Part shown: positions 1-10,364 of the stretch, one piece after another
Layout of the letters: every line of letters starts with the position of its first letter
How positions within the stretch are numbered: position 1 is the stretch's first letter
Assembly (NCBI GenBank): GCA_965237675.1
Contig: OZ250150.1
Coordinates: forward strand, 2,720,001 to 2,784,000
Direction: 5' to 3'
DNA length: 64,000 nt
DNA from: Candidatus Latescibacterota bacterium
GTDB lineage: Bacteria; Latescibacterota; UBA2968; GCA-2709665
The notes under the pieces: generated by a model
What the model was told of the DNA's origin: nothing
Databases searched by the model: none
Seen by the model: the letters and a program-made list of their open reading frames with translations, nothing else
Translations under genes and position numbers: made by a program

Positions 1-14
1 TCGCGGCGGGCACG

Positions 15-1340
15 ATGTCCGTCACTGTACGCGATGAGTCGCAGCCTATTAGTGTGGCGTTTTCGCCCGACGGCGCGATCCTCGCTACGGGCTGGTGGGA
101 CGGCAACGTCGTACTCTTGGACGCGGCGACGGGGCGACAAATTGCTAGGTTCTATGGCCACGGGGACAACGTCACCGCTGTTTCATTCAATCCGAAGGGC
201 GGCGCCTTGGCCTCGGCTTCAAGAGATGGCACCGTCAAGCTGTGGGACTTGGCTACTGGAAATGCGACCACTCTTTCCGGCCATTCCGGAAAGGTCTTGG
301 GCATGGCATTTTCGCCGGACGGCGCGACGCTTGTCTCCCGTTCCTTGACGCACATGAAAAAGGTCGAGGTATGGGACGTTGAGAAGGGACGGATGATCGC
401 CACGCTTGGCACGCTAGAGTGCGCGCCGATCAGGTCAATAACCGTTTCCTCCGATGGGACGACCCTCGCGAACGCATCGTTTGACGGGACGGTCACACTG
501 TGGGATTTGGAAGCTGGCCGCACTGTTGCCACCTTGCCACATTCCTTCGAAGTCGTCTCGGTTTCCATTTCACCAGATGGGACGACCCTGGCCGCGGGGG
601 ATGCTGAAAGTATGGTCCACCTCTGGGACCTGACGACTGAAGAGAAGATCAAAACGCTTTCCGGCCTCAGTCATGCCGCTACAAGTCTGCTTTTCTCGCG
701 CCAGGGCGCCACCCTCGCTGCGGGAACGTCTGGCGGAGCGATCAGGCTGTGGGACGTCGCGACGGGCGCCACCATCCGCGACCTCACTGGACACTCGGAC
801 CGCATCCTCTCCATGGCATTCTTACAGGATGGTGCAACCATGGCTACCGGTTCATATTTCGGTGACGTCAAAGTGTGGGACCTGGCGACGGGCGACGCGG
901 ACACCACGCTGGAAGCAAAATGGGTCGACTGCGTAGCGTTCTCCCCTGACGGGACGATGTTCGCCACTGGTACGCCGGAAAAGCTGGTCAGACTATACGA
1001 CCTGTTAACCGGCAAAGCTATCGCCACTCTTGAAGGGCACAATCACTTCGTGGCCAGCGTGTTGTTTTCGCCCGACGGGAAGACTTTAGCGTCGGGATCA
1101 CGTGATGGCACGATCCTGCTGTGGGACCTGGCGCCATATCGGGAATCCGAGACTCCCAATCCTGATTTCAACGCCGATGGCGCCGTTGGTTTTGCCGACT
1201 TTATTCAATTCGCTGCGAATTTTGGGCTGAGCCGTGGCGACACCGGATATGACTCGCGGTACGATCTGGATGGAAATGGCGAGGTGGGATTTTCGGATTT
1301 TCTGATTTTCGCGGGGGACTTCGGGAAGACCTTAGGGTAA
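15..1340 (+). CDS. WD40-repeat beta-propeller protein with C-terminal dockerin-like/EF-hand-like domain (probably 5'-truncated by the window edge)
   Basis: Repeated GH...V..VAFSPDG..LAS...DGTV.LWD units; C-terminal DFNADGAVGFADF...YDLDGNGEVGFSDF duplicated Ca-binding motif. Confidence 0.9.
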   Translation: MSVTVRDESQPISVAFSPDGAILATGWWDGNVVLLDAATGRQIARFYGHGDNVTAVSFNPKGGALASASRDGTVKLWDLATGNATTLSGHSGKVLGMAFSPDGATLVSRSLTHMKKVEVWDVEKGRMIATLGTLECAPIRSITVSSDGTTLANASFDGTVTLWDLEAGRTVATLPHSFEVVSVSISPDGTTLAAGDAESMVHLWDLTTEEKIKTLSGLSHAATSLLFSRQGATLAAGTSGGAIRLWDVATGATIRDLTGHSDRILSMAFLQDGATMATGSYFGDVKVWDLATGDADTTLEAKWVDCVAFSPDGTMFATGTPEKLVRLYDLLTGKAIATLEGHNHFVASVLFSPDGKTLASGSRDGTILLWDLAPYRESETPNPDFNADGAVGFADFIQFAANFGLSRGDTGYDSRYDLDGNGEVGFSDFLIFAGDFGKTLG

Positions 1341-1460
1341 TAAGCTGCGTCTAGGTTGGATATTACGATATTGGCGGAGGGGTGTTTCAGACAACAGAGG
1401 AAGTTTCGATTCATGAACCGGATCTCGTACGTCGTTGGAAACGTCGTCCCGTACCTCTGC

Positions 1461-2450
1461 TCACGCACAGACGGGATCGTCCACCTTCCAGCGGTTGTAC
1501 GTCGGGTCCTCGCTGCGGGCCAGTCTGTCTCTCGCCTCGTGCCACAATCTCGACCACTCTGCAGGATCGTGCAACTCACTTTGTGGATTCGAGCGGCTGC
1601 GGGCGACGAATCCAGGAAACGATCCGCGCCCTGTCGGCTGGCCGATAGGGTTGTACCGCAGGTCGAAACTCCAGCGGATATTGTCGCTTCTGTTGGGAAG
1701 CGACGAGTGGCAGTTCAGCCGGTGGAAGAGTAACACGTCGCCGCGCTTCATGGGAAGCGGCACGCCATCTCCTTGGCGCAGAAACGGATCCGGAATGTGT
1801 AGGCCGATCCCTCGCGACATCGCCCCGCTCGCGTGGCAGTGATGCAGCAGTCCCTCGCGGTGACTCCGGGGAATGACCTCCAGGCAGCCGTTTTCAATCG
1901 TCGCATCCCACAAGCCGAACCACACGGTCAGCATGTTCGTTTCGTCGGCTTCCGGTCTGACAACGCCCGTATCCTGGTGCCACGGCGTGGCGCCAAGCTG
2001 GACGTGTCCCGTGTTTTCATTGACGGGACACAGGTGCTCCGGCGGCTTGAGGCGGACGTGTTGCACGGGATTGGAATAAATCTCGGGCCCGACCAGGGAT
2101 TCCACGGCGTCCAGCAGTTTTCCGTTTCGCAATAGCCCGAAAACCGCCGGGCCCACCCACATCGGCGTATCCGCCCGTACACCTTTCTGCGGCAGCGAAA
2201 AGTCGAAATATTGCGCGTGAACTTTTCCGGACTCCGTGTAAATCCGCGTCAGCCGTTCACCGAAAGGGAGGTCTCCATGTGTTGAGGAGATCTCCCCGTT
2301 TTCGTACAGTTCATCGGCGAGCCGGTCCAGAACGCCGGCGTACTCCTCGATGACCGGATCGAGATCCTCTTCAGGGTCAAAAAGACCTTCCACCACCAGG
2401 TACCCCTGTTCCTCGAATCGCGCCAACTGGTCCTCGGTTAGATGAGCCAT
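1461..2450 (-). CDS. Phytanoyl-CoA dioxygenase (PhyH) family Fe(II)/2OG dioxygenase
   Basis: LTEDQLARFEEQGYLVV N-terminus, PWHQD, ENGCLEVIPRSH, GDVLLFH..CHSS.PN.S...RWS; start placed at MAHL (2450). Confidence 0.88.
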   Translation of the reverse strand: MAHLTEDQLARFEEQGYLVVEGLFDPEEDLDPVIEEYAGVLDRLADELYENGEISSTHGDLPFGERLTRIYTESGKVHAQYFDFSLPQKGVRADTPMWVGPAVFGLLRNGKLLDAVESLVGPEIYSNPVQHVRLKPPEHLCPVNENTGHVQLGATPWHQDTGVVRPEADETNMLTVWFGLWDATIENGCLEVIPRSHREGLLHHCHASGAMSRGIGLHIPDPFLRQGDGVPLPMKRGDVLLFHRLNCHSSLPNRSDNIRWSFDLRYNPIGQPTGRGSFPGFVARSRSNPQSELHDPAEWSRLWHEARDRLARSEDPTYNRWKVDDPVCA

Positions 2451-2666
2451 TTGTCTAGATTCCTTTGAACGCTTGAATCGCGATTGACGATTTCGCGTCG
2501 TATTCGATCGTACCCACCGGATCTGTTTCCCGTATCGAATATACGCCCACCGTTGCCTTTTGGAAAGACGGAAAATCGACGTGCGTGTCGACATTGTCCA
2601 GATCACCTCGTCCCTGGCCGTCGCGTTTTGCGACACTCGTTTCGACAACGGACATATGCGCTTTTT

Positions 2667-2691
2667 GTAGGGGCGGTTCGCGAACCGCCCT
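2667..2691 (+). repeat. GTAG-type REP palindrome, copy 1
   Basis: GTAGGGGCGGTTCGCGAACCGCCCT; lies 3' of the RAYT gene. Confidence 0.85.
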
Positions 2692-2871
2692 GGGTGGTGG
2701 TTGATGCGGACGGGTTGTGTTTTGTCGTATCCGTCTTCCAATGAATCAGGTTTTGGTAAAAATCCGGTTCCGCGCACGCCTCGAACACGTCATCCGATGC
2801 TGGGGCAACCCGTGTGGTTGTCCCCCCTCGGTCGACGGATCCCGCGTTGCCATCGTCGCCGTGGGACGTAC

Positions 2872-3411
2872 CTACGTGTTGTGTTTGGGTATGAAATTTG
2901 GGTTTTCCGAATCCGTATCCCATCGCATCGGATTATAAACGATGTACTCTCGAACGCGGTCCAATTCCTCATCGTTGCGGATCACGCGTTCGTAATAGTT
3001 GCGTTGCCACAGCGGTTGGCCGGGCGTATCCAGTGCGTTGTTGACGCGCCTGGTGGACACGGTCTTAAATGCCCCAATCAGACGGCCCAGGGGTTTGCGG
3101 AGCGCCTGATCCTTCTCCCGATTACCGCTGTTTTGGTCAAAAATGTCGATGATTCCGTGTAGATGGTTTGGCATGACAACGTACGTGTCCAGTTCGACGT
3201 ATGCATATCGCATTGTCAGCCACTCCCATGCGCTTTTGACCAACCGCCCGGTGTCGTTCAGGTGTACTTCACCGTCGATAATATCGCCGAACCAAGATTC
3301 GCGATCGCGTGTCACGACGGTAATGAAATATGCGCCTGGCTGTGTGTAATCGTATCCCTTCAGCCTGACGGACCTGCGGTTATGGACGTTGGGGTTGTAT
3401 CGGTGGGTCAA
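2872..3411 (-). mobile_element. REP-associated tyrosine transposase (RAYT, Y1 HUH)
   Basis: RRSVRLKGYDY, YFITVVT, VVMPNHLHGI (HUH), WQRNYY, YIVYNP; flanked by GTAG REPs. Confidence 0.9.
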
Positions 3412-3461
3412 TTATGAGTGATCCTCGACGACGAATTCAACAATTGGCATCACCGACTTTT

Positions 3462-3486
3462 TTAGGGGCGGTTCGCGAACCGCCCT
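3462..3486 (+). repeat. GTAG-type REP palindrome, copy 2
   Basis: TTAGGGGCGGTTCGCGAACCGCCCT. Confidence 0.8.
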
Positions 3487-3712
3487 GGGGGGTGGCAGAT
3501 GGGATATGGTTTTGCTGCATCGGATATCCACGAATCCGGTTCCTTTTCGCATGGGGTGACACTGACGGACCGCGATTTGCGATCGCGGTGCACGAAAATG
3601 TCGATAGCGGTGCTGACTCGGTCAAGCCTGCCGTGAGGCTGGATGCGGCAGTCCTGTCGACGACCGTCGCATTTTACGACACCGCTATCGGCAACGGTCA
3701 TATCCGTTTTCT

Positions 3713-3736
3713 GTAGGGGCGCTTTGCGAACCGCCC
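3713..3736 (+). repeat. GTAG-type REP palindrome, copy 3 (degenerate)
   Basis: GTAGGGGCGCTTTGCGAACCGCCC. Confidence 0.75.
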
Positions 3737-3865
3737 GGGGGTGTCGTGGTGTGGACGGGATTTGGTTTGTCCGATCCGGATTCCGCCGAATCGAAACCGT
3801 CGCGAACCCGGTTTTTCTACAGAATTCATTGACGGGGCGGCGCCACGTGTGCACCGCAGACAGTG

Positions 3866-3957
3866 ACCGTCGCAATTTGCGGCACAGGGCGGCTAAACGA
3901 ATTGGTGTTCACTTGGTGCGCGAGCTACTTGACAGCCAGCCAACACGCGCTTGTCTC
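3866..3957 (+). repeat. Diverged 92-bp direct repeat, left copy (partner at 17976-18067)
   Basis: Gap-free alignment by eye: ACCGTCGCAATTTGCGGCACAGGGCGGCT...CCAACACGCGCTTGTCTC vs ACTGTCGCATTTTGCGACACCGGGCGGCT...CCACCACGTGCTTTGCTC. Confidence 0.7.
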
Positions 3958-4053
3958 GCAATCACTCCCCCTTGAGGGGGAATCGTGTCCCCTGAGCCTG
4001 TCGAAGGGTCGAAGGGCCGGCGACGGCTGATGCGGTGGGGGGATGTCACGCTT

Positions 4054-7000
4054 TCAACCAACCGCCCACCCCTCCGACAGGACCTCCGCCTGTTCGATCA
4101 CCGTCTGCGTGGCCTTCGCCTGCTTATCAGGCGGGTAACCGTGCCGGCGCAGGATGCGGCGCACCAGCACACGGAGGTGGGCGCGGACGTTTTCCCGCAA
4201 CGTCCAGTCGATGGTCACGTTGTTGCGGACCGTCTCCACAAGCTGCTGGGCAATGGCACGCAGCGTCTCGTCGCCGAGTACCTGTACCGCGCTGTCGTTC
4301 GTCTCCAGCGCATCGTAGAACGCCAACTCGTCCTCCGACAATCCCAACCGCTCGCCCCGCTCGTTGGCCTCCCTCATCTCCTTTGCGAGTTCGATCAGTT
4401 CTTCGATCACCTGCGCCGCCTCGATCGCTCGGTTCTGGTAACGGCGAAGGGTCTGATCCAGAATTTCGGCAAAGGACCGGGCTTGCACGACGTTCTTGCG
4501 CCGCCGGGTGGAAACCTCGCCCCTGAGCAGTTTCTGCAACAGTTCTACGGCGAGATTTTTGTGCGGCATCCCGCGTACCTCGGCCAGAAACTCGTCTGAG
4601 AGCACCGAAATGTCCGGCTTGTCCAGGCCTGCGGCGGCGAAGATATCCATCACCCCTTCTGACGCCACGGCTTTAGAGACGATCTGCCGGACGGCCAGAT
4701 CCAAATCCTCCTCGGTACGTCTCTCGCCTGCTGCCCGCTTGGACAGGGCCGCCGCCACCGCCTGGAAGAATGCCACGTCGTCGCGAATACGTCGGGATTC
4801 CTGATGCGGAACGGCCAACGCGAAGGCCTGGGAGAGCGCTCGCACCGCGTTCAGGCAGCGCTCCTTTCCGTCCTCCTGGGACAGGACGTGCTCCTGGGCG
4901 GCGGGCAGCAGGTTCAAGCGCTCCGTTGGGGTGCCGGAGGCCCATGCGGCCCAGTTGAAGCCGTGCAATAGCCCACAACACACCTCGTACTTCTCCAGCA
5001 TCACCGCCACCGCTTCCTCCTGGTCCAGCGCCGTCTCCCCGGTACCGCCGCTTTCCGTATAGGTGGCCAGCGCCTGTCGCAAGTCTTGCGACAATCCCAG
5101 GTAGTCCACCACCAGCCCCCCGGGCTTGTCCCTGAACACCCGGTTTACCCGGGCGATGGCCTGCATCAGCCCGTGCCCGCGCATCGGCTTGTCCACGTAC
5201 ATCGTGTGCAGGCTGGGTGCGTCGAATCCCGTCAGCCACATGTCACGCACCAGCACGACCCGCAGCGGGTCGACAGAGTCTCTGAACCGGTTTGCCAGAG
5301 CTTCCCTGCGGGCCTTGTTTCGGATGTGCGGCTGCCAATCGAGAGGATCGGAGGCGGAGCCGGTCATCACCACTTTGATGTTTCCTTTGTCGTCAGCGTC
5401 ATCGTGCCAGCCGGGCCGGAGGCGAACCAATTCGCGATAGAGGTCAATGCAGATGCGGCGGCTCATACACACAATCATCGCCTTGCCATCCAGCGCCTCC
5501 ACCCGCTGCTCGAAGTGATCCACGATGTCTTCGGCAATCTGCCGGACCCGCTTCTCCGCGCCGACGACAGCTTCCAACTGCGCCCACTTGGTTTTGAGCT
5601 TTTCCCTGCGCTCGACCTCCTCGCCCTCGGTGGCCTCTTCGAACTCGGGGTCGATCTTCGGCTTTTCTCGCTCGTCAAGGGCCAGCTTGGCCAGCCGGCT
5701 TTCGTAGTAAATGGGCACCGTGGCCCCGTCCTGAACGGCGCGCTGGATGTCATAAATGCTGATGTAATCGCCGAACACGGCCCGCGTATTGGCGTCGCGA
5801 AGCTCTATCGGCGTTCCCGTGAATCCAACAAAAGAGGCATTCGGCAACGCATCCCGCATATGTGCGGCGAACCCATCGATAAAATCGTACTGGCTGCGGT
5901 GCGCCTCGTCTGCAATCACCACGATATTGCGCCTGTCCGACAGCTCAGGGTGCGTATCCCCCAGTCCCAGGTCACGCCCTCTCCCTGTGGGAAAAGGTGC
6001 GGATGAGCATGCCGCCGAAGGCGGCATGAACTTCTGGATCGTCGTGAAGACCACGCCGCCGGCATTCACCGACAGCTTGTTCCGCAGGTCGGCCCTACTC
6101 TCCGCCTGTGTCGGCGGTTGGCGCAGCAGATCCTGGCAGCGCGAGAACGTGCCGAAAAGTTGGTCGTCCAGGTCGTTGCGGTCGGTGAGCACGACGACCG
6201 TCGGGTTCTCCATCGCCGGCTCGCGGATGATCGCCCCGGTGTAGAAGGCCATTGTCAAGCTCTTGCCCGACCCCTGGGTGTGCCAGACCACGCCGATGCG
6301 CCGGTCACCGGGCTTCCCGCCGGGCTTTCGGCCCGCTTCGTACCTTCCACCAGTGTCCACCGTCCTGTCAACGGTTCGTTGTAATTCCGCCGCTCGCAGC
6401 GTCTCGTCAACCGCGACCCTGACGGCGTGGAACTGATGATAGCCGGCCATCTTCTTCTCCAGCGCACCGCTGCCATCGTCGTCGAAAACGATAGAGTCAC
6501 GCACGAGCGCCAGGAAGCGGCTCCGATCGAAGACACCTTCCAACATCACCTGAAGTTCGGTCAAGAGCTTATCGGCCAGCGTCTCACCGGCAACCGTGCG
6601 CCACGGCTTGAACCACTCCTTGCCCGACGTCAACGTGCCGATGCGGGCTTCCGTCCCGTCCGAGACCATCAACACTTCGTTCATGGAGAACAGCTTCGGT
6701 AGTTCGGCCTTGTACGTCTGCAGTTGGTTCCACGCCGTCCAGATGGTGGCGTCCTCGTCCGCCGGGTTCTTCAGTTCGATTACGCACAGGGGCAGGCCGT
6801 TCAAAAACAGCACAATATCCGGCCTGCGTTTGTTTTTGTTCTCCGTGACGGAGAACTGATTGACCGCCAGCCAGTTGTTTCTGGCAGGAATTTCGAAGTC
6901 TATGACGCGGACCTGGTCGCCGCGCACGCGTCCATCTGTATCCCGATACTCGACTTCGACACCGTCGACGAGCATCCGGTGAAACGCACGGTTTCGGGCT

Positions 7001-7248
7001 TTCAGGGTCGAACCTTCGGGACGGGTCACCTTGCGGTAGGCATCGTCCAGCGCGGATGCGGGGAGGGTGGGGTTCAATTCGGCGAGGAAATCACGAAGCC
7101 TCCGGTCGAGCACGACCTGCCCGTAGTCCTCGCGCTCGGCATCCGGTGTCTCCGGCGCGATGTCCGGACCGTGCAGCACCTGCCAACCGAGACCGGATAG
7201 CCACTCAAGGGCCGCCTGCTCAACATCGGCTTCGAGGAGGGTGGTCAC
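4054..7248 (-). CDS. hsdR: Type I restriction enzyme, R subunit
   Basis: [19 protein letters not shown] nuclease motif, HTQGSGKS Walker [24 protein letters not shown]; DUF3387-like C-terminus. Confidence 0.97.
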   Translation of the reverse strand: MTTLLEADVEQAALEWLSGLGWQVLHGPDIAPETPDAEREDYGQVVLDRRLRDFLAELNPTLPASALDDAYRKVTRPEGSTLKARNRAFHRMLVDGVEVEYRDTDGRVRGDQVRVIDFEIPARNNWLAVNQFSVTENKNKRRPDIVLFLNGLPLCVIELKNPADEDATIWTAWNQLQTYKAELPKLFSMNEVLMVSDGTEARIGTLTSGKEWFKPWRTVAGETLADKLLTELQVMLEGVFDRSRFLALVRDSIVFDDDGSGALEKKMAGYHQFHAVRVAVDETLRAAELQRTVDRTVDTGGRYEAGRKPGGKPGDRRIGVVWHTQGSGKSLTMAFYTGAIIREPAMENPTVVVLTDRNDLDDQLFGTFSRCQDLLRQPPTQAESRADLRNKLSVNAGGVVFTTIQKFMPPSAACSSAPFPTGRGRDLGLGDTHPELSDRRNIVVIADEAHRSQYDFIDGFAAHMRDALPNASFVGFTGTPIELRDANTRAVFGDYISIYDIQRAVQDGATVPIYYESRLAKLALDEREKPKIDPEFEEATEGEEVERREKLKTKWAQLEAVVGAEKRVRQIAEDIVDHFEQRVEALDGKAMIVCMSRRICIDLYRELVRLRPGWHDDADDKGNIKVVMTGSASDPLDWQPHIRNKARREALANRFRDSVDPLRVVLVRDMWLTGFDAPSLHTMYVDKPMRGHGLMQAIARVNRVFRDKPGGLVVDYLGLSQDLRQALATYTESGGTGETALDQEEAVAVMLEKYEVCCGLLHGFNWAAWASGTPTERLNLLPAAQEHVLSQEDGKERCLNAVRALSQAFALAVPHQESRRIRDDVAFFQAVAAALSKRAAGERRTEEDLDLAVRQIVSKAVASEGVMDIFAAAGLDKPDISVLSDEFLAEVRGMPHKNLAVELLQKLLRGEVSTRRRKNVVQARSFAEILDQTLRRYQNRAIEAAQVIEELIELAKEMREANERGERLGLSEDELAFYDALETNDSAVQVLGDETLRAIAQQLVETVRNNVTIDWTLRENVRAHLRVLVRRILRRHGYPPDKQAKATQTVIEQAEVLSEGWAVG

Positions 7249-7251
7249 GCG

Positions 7252-7602
7252 TCACTCCCGGATGCGAATACGCGAATCTTCGACGATCCAGAGCTGTCCC
7301 TGAAGAGAAGTGATCAACTCACCAAGCAGGGCGCTCCCGATGTCCAGCAAATGATCTCTCGATTGCCTGCTGGGTCGAATAACCACTATCCCAGGATACA
7401 ACTCCGGCGGGTAGGCCCTGATGTCGCTGAAATCCAAGTCCAACGTTACCAGGATTCGGCCTTCATGTCCGCAAACGGCGGCGAGGTTGGGATCGTCCGT
7501 CCCGATCATTTGCTGATCAAACACGTTAATCGCGTCGTGCCCGGCTTCCGCAAAGAGCGCTGCCATCTCCGCAGGCAGATTTTCGTCGAACTTGAACCGC
7601 AT
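7252..7602 (-). CDS. DUF5615 / PIN-like putative toxin
   Basis: MRFKFDENLP...GHD...D...RILVTLDLDF; directly downstream of a DUF433 gene. Confidence 0.85.
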   Translation of the reverse strand: MRFKFDENLPAEMAALFAEAGHDAINVFDQQMIGTDDPNLAAVCGHEGRILVTLDLDFSDIRAYPPELYPGIVVIRPSRQSRDHLLDIGSALLGELITSLQGQLWIVEDSRIRIRE

Positions 7603-7609
7603 GGCTTCC

Positions 7610-7981
<372 letters not shown>

Positions 7982-7985
<4 letters not shown>

Positions 7986-8260
7986 TCGTCTGCTTCGTCG
8001 ACGAAGGGAATCTTGCGGCTGCTTTCGTGGCGGCCTGGGATTTCGAGGTTCGTACCGCGCGGCGTGTTTTCAACCAGCCACCGTTCCAGGGGGACTGGCT
8101 CACTGGATCGAGTCTTCCATACACGCTCGGGTACTACGACAAACGGCTTCCGTACGTCGATGCGCTGCGGTCCCTCCTTTTCCGCAAGGCGCAGGATTTG
8201 GGACAGCCGGGCTTTCGCCTCGGCCACGGTCCAGACACGGTGGGATTCGGTGATGTGCAT
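7982..8260 (-). CDS. Phd/YefM-like antitoxin
   Basis: WTVAEAKARLSQILRLA..EGPQRI. Confidence 0.8.
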
Positions 8261-8335
8261 GTTGGATCTCCCCGAAAACGTCGATATGGTCTATTATAGA
8301 CTATATTGGCTTCGGTGAGGATGGGCATGATTTTC

Positions 8336-8548
8336 CTATGCCAACATCAAGCGTTCGCCCTTGGGTTCCGGGATCGGGTCGCCAAACTCGCGGGCCGTTT
8401 CCAGCCACAAGTCCACGGCCTGATTGACGTTCTCCAACGCCGCCTCTTGCGTATCACCGTGGGCCGTGCACCCGGGAAGTTCGGGCACTTCGGCCACAAA
8501 GGCTTCATCTTCGTTGCTCCAATAAATGATAATCTCGTACTTGTGCAT
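8336..8548 (-). CDS. hicB: HicB-family antitoxin
   Basis: YEIIIYWSNEDEAFVAEVPELPGCTAHGDT.EAAL. Confidence 0.9.
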   Translation of the reverse strand: MHKYEIIIYWSNEDEAFVAEVPELPGCTAHGDTQEAALENVNQAVDLWLETAREFGDPIPEPKGERLMLA

Positions 8549-8796
8549 TACTCGCTCCTTTCGAGATGGTGTCTCAGGACGACCTGCCGTACCTGTCTTA
8601 CCTGATATGGCTTGCTACCATCCCTTGGAAGGTTTATCCGTTCGGGGATCCCGTCTTTCCTGAAGATGTGGTGACTACCTCACGTTCGCTCGACGAATCC
8701 CAAGCGTAATAGAAACACCCAGAGGTCGTCGAAACGGATGTTGGCATCCGACCGGCCACTTAAGATTCTCTGTCGAAGTCCATCGCTGGCATTCAT
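8548..8796 (-). pseudogene. hicA: HicA toxin with premature stop
   Basis: Manual translation MNASDGLRQRILSGRSDANIRFDDL...LGFVERT*GSHHIFRKDGIPERINL...KPYQVRQVR; in-frame TGA at 8680-8682 just before the GSH catalytic motif. Confidence 0.85.
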
Positions 8797-8892
8797 TGTT
8801 CCTCTATTATGAATGTTTCTTGTGGTTCTGACCGTCTGAGTCGATGCCCTGCATGTTCGCCACACCTCGGCCGAGGCCAGCCAACCACTATG

Positions 8893-8932
8893 GGGCCGCC
8901 TGCTCAACATCGGCTTCGACGAGGGTGGTCAT
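8893..8932 (-). repeat. Relic duplicate of the hsdR 5' end (direct repeat of 7209-7248)
   Basis: GGGCCGCCTGCTCAACATCGGCTTCGA(C/G)GAGGGTGGTCA shared; translates [13 protein letters not shown] then stop. Confidence 0.85.
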
Positions 8933-9279
8933 GGTGATTCCTTCGCAAGGGCGATTCCGTACCTATCCATATTGGGTGGTCGATTTGGACGGGATACGAT
9001 TTTTGGTATCCATTATCCGCCGCCTGTGTTTGTTTTTAAATCGGTTCGTTGTAAGGATCAACCAACTCACACAATGTCGGAGCAGCCCTTGTCGTTGCCG
9101 TGGTGTAGTCCAGGAAATCCGGCTCTGTCACCACCAACTACGCGGATGATACGGTGCGCATCAACTGCAATGACAGGGCACGAACGCAATGTAGACAGCG
9201 CCCGACCCGCTGCAATGGAGTCCCTTCTTGCGAATCACTAGGATATAGTGTTCTCAGAAATCCGGCTCGATGATTGTAT

Positions 9280-10317
9280 TCATTGATCGCATTCAACCGT
9301 GACCACGATCGGTGTCCGCGATGTGGCTTCCACGACTGCAAACCCCAACTTCGAAAGACCAGCGCTCAGACAGCATTCGCGTTGCAGGTTCTCCACAACC
9401 TCTGTCGATGGGTTCAGGCTATCCAGTGGAACCAATTCAAGCTCCATATCACCGGAAATTTCGATGCCCTTGGCCTTCAGCTTTTCCCGTAGTTCGTCAG
9501 GCTGACGATAGAAGTAGTTTTCATGCTGTTTTATTTCGTGTACGAGTCTATCCCCGCATACTCTGCATAAGGTACTACCTCCAGCAGAGTTCGTCCCCCC
9601 TCCGAGCGGTGCAACCGGCTGCGTCCCTATGTTCGGGACGTGATTGATGTTTTTTCTCCGTAGCTCCTTTTTCTCTTTGTCTGTCAAAGTATCTCCGCTC
9701 ACACCGTGCAGCACACGGGCGTCAGTTAGTTCCGGCCAATTCACAAATACGATTTTTAGAAGATCTTGTCTCACCCATCCAAGCTTCTCAGGATCCTCAT
9801 GCCTTCTTACATCCACGAAAAACACCTCGGTATCGGCGACAATAGCAAAAAGCAGGTAATCTGATCTTTCGACAAATCCAGATTTTTCAAGTTTTCTGCT
9901 AAGGTGAAAATGGTGCATGCCAAAATCCCACAGGATGCCATCATCGCTCGTAGAATTGCTGACGTTCCTACTAAGGTGTGGTGTAACCCTCCTTCCGGAT
10001 TCAAAAAGAACACGGAGATGGAAAACCGTGTGCCATGCTTCCATCGCACTGTCGCGTTTGTCTCTATCCGACTCGTCCGCAAGTTTGCCCAACGAGTTGT
10101 GGATTTCACGGGAGAAATGAACGTCGCGCGGTCTTGGGTCAATCCTCCTGATTCGCATTTCACTATAGTTGGCTGCGAAGTCGCTCGCGTCGCCCTTTTC
10201 TTCAAAAGAGATACCTTCCGTCGCAAAGTAGTGTTTGACAATGTCGATCAGATCGGATTTGAAGTTCATTGTTCCCACGTTCCCGTTCTGTCTGGACATC
10301 ACTACCGATGGACCCAT
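9280..10317 (-). CDS. Hypothetical protein (start possibly 10269), cargo within the hsd operon
   Basis: 345-aa ORF, AT-richer than the flanks, co-oriented with hsd genes; motif DGILWDFGMHHFHL...RSDYLLF. Confidence 0.7.
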   Translation of the reverse strand: MGPSVVMSRQNGNVGTMNFKSDLIDIVKHYFATEGISFEEKGDASDFAANYSEMRIRRIDPRPRDVHFSREIHNSLGKLADESDRDKRDSAMEAWHTVFHLRVLFESGRRVTPHLSRNVSNSTSDDGILWDFGMHHFHLSRKLEKSGFVERSDYLLFAIVADTEVFFVDVRRHEDPEKLGWVRQDLLKIVFVNWPELTDARVLHGVSGDTLTDKEKKELRRKNINHVPNIGTQPVAPLGGGTNSAGGSTLCRVCGDRLVHEIKQHENYFYRQPDELREKLKAKGIEISGDMELELVPLDSLNPSTEVVENLQRECCLSAGLSKLGFAVVEATSRTPIVVTVECDQ

Positions 10318-10364
10318 CGACGTCCGCTAAATTGCTCCAACCCGAAACCGCCGCTTTTCCTGCG

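Noticed and set aside
2451-2777. Long N-terminal extension of the PhyH ORF
   Set aside because: It runs through REP sequence; family similarity begins at MAHLTEDQ.
8680-8682. TGA recoding (Sec, Trp or Gly) in hicA
   Set aside because: Many genes here end in TGA and prfB is intact; a CGA-to-TGA nonsense mutation is simpler.
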